Positions 26,781 to 42,062 of a stretch of DNA of 64,000 bases are shown piece after piece; within the stretch, counting starts at the first letter, position 1; each line of letters opens with the position of its first letter. The stretch is from the human T2T-CHM13v2.0 reference genome, Homo sapiens: NCBI RefSeq assembly GCF_009914755.1, contig NC_060930.1. One strand, written 5' to 3'. The notes under the pieces were generated by a model that did no database searches, was not told the origin of the DNA, and saw nothing but the letters and a program-made list of their open reading frames with translations. A program made the position numbers and the translations under genes.

Positions 26781-29189
26781 CTGGGCAGGGGAAGCAAAAG
26801 GGTGGGTAGTAGGGGAGTTAGTCACCAGGTTCTTTATTTTCTTGGTGAGGGATGGAGCACTTTCTCCTTTGTGAATCCTCTTCGTGGGATCAGCGATTAG
26901 GCTCTTTGCTCCCTGGAGGCTTGGGGCAGCTGTCAAGAGCCCAGACCACTACATGGCCTCAGAGCTGCATTTTAATTTTGCAGATGAAGGAAGTGGCCTC
27001 ATAGGAGTGGGAGACTGTGGGGTTGGGGCTGGCTAATATGCAGACTTTTCCAATAGGCTTTATAAGTTAGCAAATCTAATCTTAACTTTTTTTTACTTCA
27101 GGTCTAATATCCAAAATGAGAAAAATTCAATTCACGAAGAAAAATTCATCCATTAGAACTTAGAATATCTAGTTAATTAAGTGATCAGTATAGTCAAATT
27201 AGTTATTTGATATTTTATTGATAATGCATTCATATACATCAACTACATATCTATATATATGTAGATAAAGATAAGTAGATATATTTTTCTATATGCATGT
27301 GCATACATGCAAATGTAGTTTTAAAACTATGTTTTCTTTTTTTATTATTCATCTTATAAATATGAATATATAAAACATATATAAAATTCCAGGAGAATTT
27401 ATGTAAGGAAATAGTTGCCTATATTTGGCAGAAATATTCTTTTAAGTTGTTACAGTAATTAGAATACTTTTTGCATTTTCAAGCCATGCAAAAAATTGTC
27501 ACATAATTTAGCATTCAGAATAGTGATATTGAATATTCTCAGCTAGCCTTTTAGCTCTTTGAAAACCTGGATTCTATTTTAATTTATTGCATTTCCAGAC
27601 AAATTACATTCATAAATATGCACTTTAAATGTTTAACTTGGCTTTGTACAGAAATATGCTGATGTGTACATTAGCACATATTGCCAGATTGAATGAACCA
27701 AGGTACCCACCGTCAAGCTTATGGATAAACCATTGTTCTAAAAACAATGGAACTCTGAACCCACAAAAAGACCCACGAAGATCTCACCAGAACTGATCCA
27801 GCCCCTTTCTTCTCTTTCTTATTCTTTTCACTTCTCTTAGCCATATCTTTCACTAGGAGGAGTTGGTAAAATAATTAGGTTGTATTTTGACAAATTGAGG
27901 CTTGAAGAACACATATTTAGCTAAGAAATCTTATAATATCACAAGAGCTGGAGTTTACCTTTAGGGAATATACATTTCAAACAGGGCTACCCAAAGCACG
28001 TAATTTTGGAATTTTAACGTCACTCTGTTGAGAAAAATAACAAAAAGTTGTACCAAAAGACTTAATTACATCAAACTACTCTTTTTGAGGTACTTATAAT
28101 GAGTATGTTTGGTTGAAGAAATAAACATTTAATTGAATTAAACTGCAAAAAGCAAACTCATGTGCTTCAACACCCTAAACTATTTTTGGTGATTTTAGTT
28201 TGGAGAATTAAACATCATAAAAATATACATAGTAAGTTTTAATTTGCATTCTCTCTCAAATACCTATACTTTTCCCTGAGTGTTCCTTTAACTGCCCCCA
28301 AGCTTTTAAAACAAAAACAAGAAGGAAAGGACATGAGAAAGAATTTAGAAAGGAGATGGTTGCTGCAAGTGATTCTGCAGTTGCCTCTCTTTTTACACGC
28401 CTTCATTTTCAAATGTCACCAAAATTGAAAGGTGCAAAAGACTGTGCTAATTTTCCTTATAGTTTTAGTCTTCACACTAATTTATTACCCCAATGCCTCA
28501 GAAATTGGTCAAGTTAAATATTTTGTTTTCCTTAAACATTTTTTTCCAATGAAAAGAACACATTGCTTACTCATTAATGACTGGTCATTGTTTCAATGAG
28601 TAGAATGTACTCTATAAGCAAAATGCAATGATTATAGTGATATGTATAACACACTTTGTCCCCCAAAATTAAGGCAGCTATAGAAATCAAAACTGACCAA
28701 AAAAACACTTATATTTGAATGTTGCATCTGCCCAGATATTTGCAACTATATCAAAGCTCCCAGTTGGGGTCTTTGTCAAGAATGTGCAGCACTCTCGTGT
28801 TTACAGCACAGATGAATGAATAGATCCTTACTGTAGCTCAGCAATCTTTCCCTTCTTTACTCCCTTGTGCCTCTCTAGTGTTACTTCAATCCCTTTAATC
28901 TGAAGTTAGTACCTCCAGTGTTTTGAAATCTTTTATCGTCCAAATTTTGACCACATAGTTGACGCTATAGGTTTCGCCCACAGGTGAGCCTAAAGAAATT
29001 TTGAAGAAGGCTGTGTATCCCCAGAGCAATGTACCTCTTCTTCCATTGCCCTCTCTTTACCATTGGTGATCACATGATCCCAAGGGGGAGGCTGCTACCC
29101 CTGCCCCTCTCCTATGCCCCATTGTACCCAACCTGGGACCTGGTTCACCTTCCTGCCCCCAAGGTTCTCTCACAATAATAACCTGAAAA

Positions 29190-29360
29190 CTTGTTATTGC
29201 ATACTAGCTGTGTGCCAGTCCCCATGCCAGGGGCATCAGAGAGTATAGGTTATTTCATCTCCACAACAAACCGATGAGGCTGGTGTTACTAACCTGGGTT
29301 TGCAAATGAGGTAATGGGTACTCATAGAAGCTCAGTGTTTCCCATACCCACAGAGCTCCT
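29190..29360 (-). mobile_element. MIR fragment
   Basis: 'tgtgtgccag', 'ttatttcatctccacaacaaaccgatgagg', 'tttgcaaatgagg'. Confidence 0.6.
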
Positions 29361-31289
29361 GATATGCAAATGTAAGTAAATGATTACGAGTAGTTACGGA
29401 AAAACATATCAGGGATATTGCAAATAGTACTAAATCATCAATGGCTGGCAGTATCAGACAATGTGTCATGGCAATGCAAGGGGGTATTTCGGTATTTGGC
29501 TGTTCTTAAGGTCACACATTAAAATTATTTGTTGGACTATCTTAAACACCTAAAATGTCCATAATATAATCTGCTTTTTTCATTTCTTCATTTTTTTTTT
29601 ATTCCTAAGAGTGAAGGATTTAGAGCGTGAATCTACCTTGAATGCCTAGAAATCCTGTAAACTGACACAACAGTTAGAAGAGGATTTGAATAGTGAAAGG
29701 AGGCTGACCTTTGGAATTATAGACACTTTGATTGTAATGCAAGTTCATTTACTTACTAGCTAAATTTCTCTCAAGTATGTAAATAACTTGCTCTTCCCTG
29801 GCTGCAATATGAGGATAATAATCTATTGAGAGGAGTTCAGTTGACACCAGTCATATATTTTGTAATCCTTAGTCTGGATTCTCAAAAAGTGCAGTTAATA
29901 TTTCTTGTACTCCAGGATTAAACCGTTTTGTAATCTTCTCTCTGCCATTAGGCATTCCCTTACCTAATAAAGGGAGCAACTCACTAATTATCTGAGTCCA
30001 CTTGTTTTAGAATATTTTGCTGTCACCTTTTCCTTATTGACCTATGTAATTTCAGTACTCACCTAATCTTTCTAATGATGTTGATGCTGGGTAGAGAACC
30101 AAATATAGAGATGTTGAGCTGAATGTTACAAAACACCTATAGTTCACAAAAGAAATAAAGGAGAACACATCTCTACTCAAATATATTTGAGTTAAACATA
30201 AGGCTCCTGGTGACAAGTCCGGAATAGTTTTCTTCTTTCATGTCTACATCTTATTTTAAATGTCCACTCAGAAACAAGCAGGAGACAATTGTAATCTGTT
30301 TATAATTTGTTCAGCTTAGAACCGTGAACTCAGTAATGTCTTCTACAGTTATGTAAGTTAGGTGTACTTATGTCTTTATATAATTTACCCCATTTTCCTA
30401 AATCACTCTGTCATGTGTAAAAATACCCATTTCCCAAGGTGTTGGTAATGTGTTAAGTGGGATAATAAACATGAGGGCAGCTAGCACAGTCGCTAGCACA
30501 TAGTGATGCTTAATATCTGTTAGTATTTTTCTTTCTGTCTCTCTTCCTTTTATCCTTACCATTGGATTCATAAAAGCCGGATGAATGTGAGGCATTCTAG
30601 AACAAAGATCTTTGAGTACACTTTGGTTCTCAAGTGGTAAACCCCATATTTGTACTCTATTAGGCACTCCTGAATCCCTCACCATTTGGAACCACTTATT
30701 CCCAGTTTGCTCCAGTTCTGAGTAGAGTCATGAAGAGGTAAATTTTGAGGGCAGAGTCTGCTTGCTGGAAAGTGATTGAAGTGCCATTTCAGCCATGACT
30801 AATTTATTTAGTATTCAAAAATCAGTAAAGATTCTTCTGTCACATCATTCGCCCAAATAAAAGGGAATAAAAATAAAGTGGAAACCTGTTTGATGCCTCA
30901 GGCATGTTCAGCGTGTTGCTCAGGTCAGTTCATTTCAATACTTAATTTGTGGCACTTCATTTAATGGAATCATTTAACACCTAAAAAGTAATTATGAACA
31001 TGAACAAATTTGATTTCCTGGGGTTGGTATTTGACATCTCCAAAACACTGAAATCCCTACTGCTGGCTTAAACTATGTTTGGCACTCGGTAAACGATTAA
31101 ATTAAATTAATTCTTAATATGGTTTATGGATGAGCTCTTACATATCTCAATCTTGATTTATTTATATTGTAATGGAATTTAGCAATGAATAAAGGATTGA
31201 ATTTCTGCAACATCATCACTCAAGATTAAGCAATGTACCAGAATATTGGCTTGCAGATTGCCAGAGCTGGAAATAAACTAATCATATAT

Positions 31290-31450
31290 TGTAACTAGAA
31301 GAAAACTAGAGGTCATCTAATCTGGTTTGTACTTCATATGTAAGGAAACTGAGACCCAGAGATGATAAGGGACTTGGATGAAGTCACAGCTGCTTAGCAG
31401 CAAAGCCCATCGTTCAAATCTCCTTTCTTCCAAGTTAGAACTTTTTCTAT
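31290..31450 (-). mobile_element. MIR fragment
   Basis: 'agaggtcatcta', 'aaggaaactgagacccagaga', 'gacttggatgaagtcacagctg'. Confidence 0.65.
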
Positions 31451-32418
31451 TAAATTATACAATTACTGGTTGATTTATTATATAAGAATATACGTTCATT
31501 TTTGAAATATGTTACTAATCAAGTTGTCAACTTGTTGTTCCAAGTTTCTCATCATATATTTGTTACAAAATATTTATCCAGATTATATTCCCCCAGTTCC
31601 CTCCCATGTGTAAGTCCAGGAATGTTGAAGTCAGGAAGAAAATAAATAGCCATGTAAGCCTATGTTCCTCTGTATCCTGGAAATGTGGTTACAACTATGG
31701 TTTAAATATGTAACCCTTTCTGGATGAGAGAAAGACATTGGGAAGATGAGTCGGATAAAACAAAGAGGAAAGGTGTTTGGAAATGTAGGCAGACCTAAGA
31801 GTAGTTACTTAACCTGGCAAACTTTGCAAACCATTCGAGTTCTGTCATTTACATCCCCAAAGTGATCAATCCACAAATATAGACGGAAAACCCATTTTAT
31901 GTGAGGAATGTTGGTATGAGCTTGAGAAGTGTAAAGGACAAGTCATGATTTCTGCCAAATGCACATGGAGAGAAGAGCACAAGCAAATAATGAGATAATA
32001 ATGACTGCATAAAAGAATTTCTCAATGCCTGAAAAGGAAAAGGTGTATTATATATTACAAAAAGATAAAACATAATTAACTGCAGTGTCAGAAAACACCA
32101 CCTGGAGAGAAGCAGGAAATTCACATAGGTTATACACATAGTAGGTGCTTTATATAGAAGATCTATTTTAATGTAAAAATCCTAAAAAGCATTATTTTTT
32201 TAATTTTATTATTATTATACTTTAAGTTTTAGGGTACATGTGCACAATGTGCAGGTTTTTTACATACGTATACATTTGCCATGTTGGTGTGCTGCACCCA
32301 TTAACTCGTCATTTAGCATTAGGTATATCTCCTAATGCTATCCCTCCCCTCTCCCCCCACCCCACGACAGTCCCCAGTGTGTGATGTTCCCCTTCCTGTG
32401 TCCATGTGTTCTCATTGT

Positions 32419-36246
<3,828 letters not shown>

Positions 36247-36309
36247 TATGAGGTTAGCAGGTTATTTTACTCATTAGTTGATGCAGTTTCTTCCTAGCCT
36301 TGATGATCT

Positions 36310-37326
36310 TTACATTTTGTCATGTTTTTGCAGTGGCTGGTACTGGTTGTTCCTTTCCATGTTTAGTGCTTCCTTCAGCAGCTGTTTTAGGGCAGGCCTG
36401 GTGGTGACAAAATCTCTCAGCATTTGCTTGTCTGTAAAGTATTTTATTTTTCCTTCACTTATGAAGCTTAGTTTGGCTGGATATGAAATTCTGGGTTGAA
36501 AATTCTTTTCTTTAAGAATGTTGAATATTGGTCCCCACTCTCTTCTGGCTTGTAGAGTTTCTGCCAAGAGATCTGCTGTTAGTCTGATGGGCTTCCCTTT
36601 GTGGGTAACCTGATCTTTCTCTCTGGCTGCCCTTAACATTTTTTCCTTCATTTCAACTTTGGTGAATCTGACAATTATGTTTCTTGGAGTTGCTCTTCTC
36701 GAGGAGTATCTTTGTGGCGTTCTCTGTATTTCCTGAATCTGAATGTTGGCCTGCCTTGCTAGATTTGGGAAGTTCTCCTGTATAATATCCTGCAGAGTGT
36801 TTTCCAACTTGGTTCCATTCTCCCCGTCACTTTCAGGTACACCAATCAGACGTAGATTTGGTCTTTTCACATAGTCCCATATTTCTTGGAGGCTTTGTTC
36901 ATTTCTTTTTATTCTTTTTTCTCTAAACTTCCCTTCTCACTTCGTTTCATTCATTTCATCTTCCATCGCTGATACCCTTTCTTCCAGTTGATCGCATTGG
37001 CTCCTGAGGCTTCTGCATTCTTCACGTAGTTCTCGAGCCTTGGCTTTCAGCTCCATCAGCTCCTATAAGGACTTCTCTGCATTGGTTATTATAGTTATCC
37101 ATTCATCCAATTTTTTACCACAGTTTTTTAACTTCTTTGCTATTGGTTTGAATTTCCTCCTGTAGCTCGGAGTAGTTTGATCATCTGAAGCCTTCTTCTC
37201 TCAGCTCGTCAAAGTCATTCTCTGTCCAGCTTTGTTCCGTTGCTGGTGAGGAGCTGCATTCCTTTTGAGGAGGAGAGGTGCTCTGCTTTTTAGAGTTTCC
37301 AGTTTTCTGCTCTGTTTTTTCCCCAT
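36310..37326 (-). pseudogene. ORF1: L1 ORF1p (RNA-binding chaperone), disrupted
   Basis: ATG GGG AAA AAA CAG at 37326; 1-nt deletion near codon 8, TAG near 37064, TGA at 36939-36937; C-terminal 186 aa open (RPNLRLIG, ARREW, YPAKLS). Confidence 0.95.
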
Positions 37327-38365
37327 CTTTGTGGTTTTATCTATTTTTGGTCTTTGATGATGGTGACGTACAGAAGGGATTTTGGTATGGATGTCCTTTC
37401 TGTTTGTTAGTTTTCCTTCTAACAGACAGGACCCTCAGCTGCAGGTCTGTTGGAGTTTGCTAAAGGTCCACTCCAGATGCTGTTTGCCTGGGTATCATCA
37501 GCAGTGGCTGCAGAACGGCAGTGGCTGTAGAACAGTGGATCTTGGTGAACCACAAATGCTGCTGTCTGATCTTTCCTCTGGAAGTTTTGTCTCAGAGGAC
37601 TACCCAGCCATGTGAGGTGTCAGTCTGCCCCTACTGTGGGGTGCCTCCCAGTTAGGCTTCTCTGGGGTCAAGGACCCACTTGAGGAGGCAGTCTGCTCGT
37701 TCTCAGATCTCCAGCTGCATGCTGGGAGAACCACTGCTCTCTTCAAAGCTGTCAGACAGGGACATTTAAGTCTGCAGAGGTTACTGCTGTCTTTTTGTTT
37801 GTCTGTGCCCTGCCCCCAGAGGTGGAGCCTACAGAGGCAGGCAGGCCTCCTTGAGCTGTGATGGGCTCCACCCAGTTCGAGCTTCCTGGCTGCTTCATTT
37901 ACCTAATCAATCCTGGGCAATGGCAGGCGCCCCTCCCCCAGCCTCACTGCTGCCTTGCAGTTTGATCTCAGACTGCTGTGCTAGCAATCAGTGAGACTCC
38001 ATGGGTGTAGGACCCCCCGAGCCAGGTGCCACATATAATCTCCTGGTGTGCCGTCTTTTAAGCCCATTGGAAAAGTGCAGTATTAGGGTGGGAGTGACCT
38101 GATTTTCCAGGTGCGGTCTGTCACCCCTTTCTTTGACTAGGAAAGGGAACTCCCTGACCCCTTGCACTTCCTGAGTGAGGCAATGCCTCACCCTGCTTCG
38201 GCTCATGCATGGTGCACTGCACCCACTGTCCTGCACCCACTGTCTGGCACTCCCTAGTGAGATGAACCCAGTACCTCAGATGGAAGTGCAGAAATCACCC
38301 ATCTTCTGCGTCACTCACACTGGGAGCTGTACACTGGAGCTGTTCCTATTCAGCCATCTTGGCTC
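37327..38365 (-). promoter_or_regulatory. L1 5'UTR internal sense promoter and antisense promoter region
   Basis: YY1 core CAAGATGGC at the 5' end; recognisable 5'UTR with many CpGs decayed to TpG/CpA. Activity unknown. Confidence 0.8.
37920..37994 (+). pseudogene. ORF0: L1 ORF0, truncated
   Basis: Translates MAGAPPPASLLPCSLISDCCASNQ then TGA (37992-37994), where L1HS ORF0 has CGA (Arg). Confidence 0.8.
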
Positions 38366-38559
38366 AAAAGCATTATTATGTAAGAAAAATGCAAGGCATG
38401 ATATTGTGCTCAAATATAGGGATTTGTATAGAGCTTAGCATTGTGCTTGATATTTAGGAGATACTTCATCAGCATTGGTTGTAACTAAGTCAACTAGATC
38501 TACATATCTCATTCTCCTCTAAGTAGAGAGAATGAGATCTCTTTCAGCCACATTCTCTC

Positions 38560-38975
38560 TTTTCTACATAGTGATTTTTCTTCTTTCTTTTTTCTGCACA
38601 TTTGCTTTATTGCTTTTTCTAACAGGAGATCAACGTTCTCCTTTTTTCATAGTACAACTGGGATAAGATGGAGTTCCACAGCCCTAAGTATAAATTACTT
38701 CAGTTCAAGCAAAGATCTCATAATAGTCTACTGTCTTAGTCCCAAATCCACATTCTCGGAAGGAAGAATACAATTAGGCCAGTTTGAGACATGTGCATAC
38801 TACTGGCCCAATTAGTATTATATTCTACCCCAGGGCAGGAGTAGAATCATATAATACAAATATGACTGCTCAGACTCATCTGTGGTTGAGAAAGTCATTT
38901 GTCAGATAGTAAGAGTATACCAGCTTTCCCCCAACAACTGCTGCTTGAGCAGAGAGTATAACCCACAAATTATAT
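38560..38975 (-). mobile_element. ERVL-MaLR LTR (MLT1K/L-like), diverged
   Basis: 'attaggccagtttgagacatgtgc..actggcccaatt', 'gcaggagtagaatcatataatacaaatatgactgc'. Confidence 0.55.
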
Positions 38976-39413
38976 AACAGACAAAGGTTATATAGCTATT
39001 AAGTGGTGGGGCAAAGATTCAAGCCCAAGTCACAATTTTAAAGATTCTGCAGTTAACCACTATGTGTGCTCCCATTCCCAACAACAAATTGATTAAATAT
39101 TTTCCCATGTTATTCTAAGAATTACTATTTTTTTCAAATGTCTACTGCTCAATGCTGTAAATACCAATATATTCACTCTAAAATAGGCTAAAATTATCAA
39201 AAATTGGTAATTCACTCTTTACTTTTACCTTGGGTTCAACTTAAGGTGTTCGATAACAAAGGAATGCTTAAATGATTATTTCCAAAAGTCTTCATACTAT
39301 GTCAATACCTTGGCAATATCAAACAGTACCTCACAAACTTGAGTAATGCAGAACAGTTGTGATTTTAAAAGTAAGTCACTTTTATCATACAGGCTATTAA
39401 ATTATTACAATTA

Positions 39414-39710
<297 letters not shown>

Positions 39711-40716
39711 TTACAATAGCAAAAGTAAGTATAAACTACTTTTTTTCAGTAGCTATTTTATTATAATAGCTTCTGAAGAAAAATAATTCTAAAAAAATAC
39801 AAATTAAGTATTACTAAAACTACTACAGAAATAGAGTTCAATTTAATACTATAATTTAATCAAATAGATGCATTTAGTTAAAGCTAAGTCAATACTAGCT
39901 TCATGAATATGTTTCTTCCTACAATGGCATAGGATCTTTTTAAACATTTACTCATAATATCTCACATCACTAATACTATCTATAGTACCGTGTGCCATGA
40001 AGAAAATCAATTCACCCATTCTCTTCACTGTTTAAATTACTTTGCAACTTTTCCTTGTACCTGATGGCATGTCACCATTTGACCTTCAGATGCCCCCACT
40101 TCTTTTCTCATTAGCCCAAGACAAATGCATGACTGTATTTGGATATTAGGTGGTCATCTGGATGAGTCCAAAGTTGCTTATCCTACATTTCTTAAATTAG
40201 CTATTAAAATAAATACATATAATTTTTAAATCATTGTTGAATTTACTTCTTTGAACTCTCAGAAACACAATGTATACATAATGTAGTGAAAAAATGTAAT
40301 AAATGTAATGAAAAAAACAAAGCATTATTTGAGGGCAATCAAAGACTGCTATATGCACAGATACTTCTCTCTCGTATGACAGTGTATGAAATAGTCATAT
40401 TGTGTCATTATTCAAAGGTTAAATTAATCACTTCTTAAAATGCACCTGGAGGGTCACTTGATTATTTTAATGCTTCCAAGATAATTATCCAGGAGCATGA
40501 CTACCACATTTGCAGATTACCCCAATTCATATAGGGCAGGGAGCACTCCCTGAAAGGCCACACTCCCAGTGCACATTCTCACTTACCATTGGGAAGTTGA
40601 CAAACAGACTTTCCTCACAATATCTATGTTGTCTTCACAGACTAGTACATGATAACCGATTTATTTTGAAAGGGGGAGCTGTGTTAGCTGCTGAGGTGTA
40701 ATATGGAGATTAGTTT

Positions 40717-40865
40717 AACCCTAGTTTAAAACTAGGGTTCGGATGAATTGAATACCAGTTAGTTAAGCTTGGATACATTTAAGGTGATGCATCCATGCAT
40801 CCAAACTTAACTAACTGGTACTCAATTAATCAAGCTTTCCCCATAGGACAGCAGCTATGGGGAAA
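40717..40865. repeat. Cluster of three adjacent inverted repeats (11-, 37- and 11-bp arms)
   Basis: 40717-40727/40729-40739 perfect; 40742-40778/40795-40831 33 of 37 matching; 40836-40846/40855-40865 perfect. Confidence 0.93.
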
Positions 40866-41067
40866 ATAATAATGCTGAGACTAGCTCATTCTTCTGCATT
40901 TCCTTTCTCAGTAAACAGCACCATTTTACATGTGGTTTCCCCAGCCAATATGCTGTGCATTTCTTTTTCTTATTCTTTTTCCTACCACATACAACATCTC
41001 ATTTCTTTTGACTATACCTTTTAAATAATTCCAATCATTCTGAAAGCCAAGCACTAATGCACTACTC

Positions 41068-41371
41068 TTTTTTTTTTTTTTTTTTTTGAGACTAAGTCTT
41101 ACTTTGTCACCCAGACTGGAGTTGAGTGGCCCAGTCACGACTCACTGCAGCCTTGACTTCCCCGACTCAAGCGATCCGTCCACTTCAGCCTCCCAAGTAG
41201 CTGGGACTACAGGCCCACGCCACCATGCCTGGCTGAGTTTTTGTATTTTTTTGTAGAGGCGGTGTTTTATCATGTTGCCCAGGCTAGTTTGAAACTTCTA
41301 AGCTCAACCTATCTGCCCTCCTTGGCCTCCCAAATTACTGGGATTACAGGTGTGAGCCAACGTGCCTGGCC
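41068..41371 (-). mobile_element. AluJ
   Basis: 'ctcactgcagccttgacttcc..actcaagcgatcc', 'catgttgcccaggct'; T20 tail; degenerate TSD atgcac(ta/c)ctcttt. Confidence 0.93.
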
Positions 41372-41795
41372 CATGCACCTCTTTAAATACCTCACTCCCA
41401 CAGCCCGGGCCCTGCCCATCATAATCTCACACCTGGATTCCTTATAATAAGTTCTCAGTGGTATTTCTATCACCAAGTTATCCCACTCCTCACACAATCT
41501 GTTCTCCAATCTGCCACTGGAAAAATATTCCTAAGCTTATCATGTGTCTGCTCTCAGCTCTTTAGGGACCCATTGCTCATAGGTTAAACATGGTTAATAT
41601 ATCTTGCACAACACTGTATAAACTGGCACTTATATACTTCTGTAGCCTCATTTCTCACTACTTCCATCTCTCAGTTTAATATTTCTTTCAGATGCATTAT
41701 CTTTCCTCTATCTAAAATGTTACACTTTCCATTCCTCTGCTTGGGATGCTCTTTCTAGTCTCTGCTTCTCTCCACTTCCTTTGTCACTTGTGCCT

Positions 41796-41868
41796 AGCAC
41801 AAGAGTGATGTGGATGAGCAGTATAACTTCAGCACTAGATGTGCATGTGGACAAGCAGTATAACTTCA
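41796..41868. repeat. Approximately 36-bp tandem duplication
   Basis: agcacaagagtgatgtggatgagcagtataacttc / agcactagatgtgcatgtggacaagcagtataacttc. Confidence 0.85.
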
Positions 41869-42062
41869 GGCTGTGGAGTGAGACTGATTGGGAATCAAGT
41901 CTAGCTGGTCACTAACTGCATGACCTGGAGCACATTCTCATCCTCTGCGCACATTCATTATTATAGATAATAATATTACCTACTCCAAAGAGTTATTTTA
42001 TGGATTAAATTGTGAAGGCATGGAGCTGAACTCACACTAAGAAGGCAGTAATTGTTAGCTAT
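41860..42062 (+). mobile_element. MIR within L2 fragments (about 41380-41790 and 42080-42350)
   Basis: 'ggagtgagactg', 'cactaactgcatgacctgg', 'aataatattacctactcc', 'ggattaaatt'. Confidence 0.6.
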
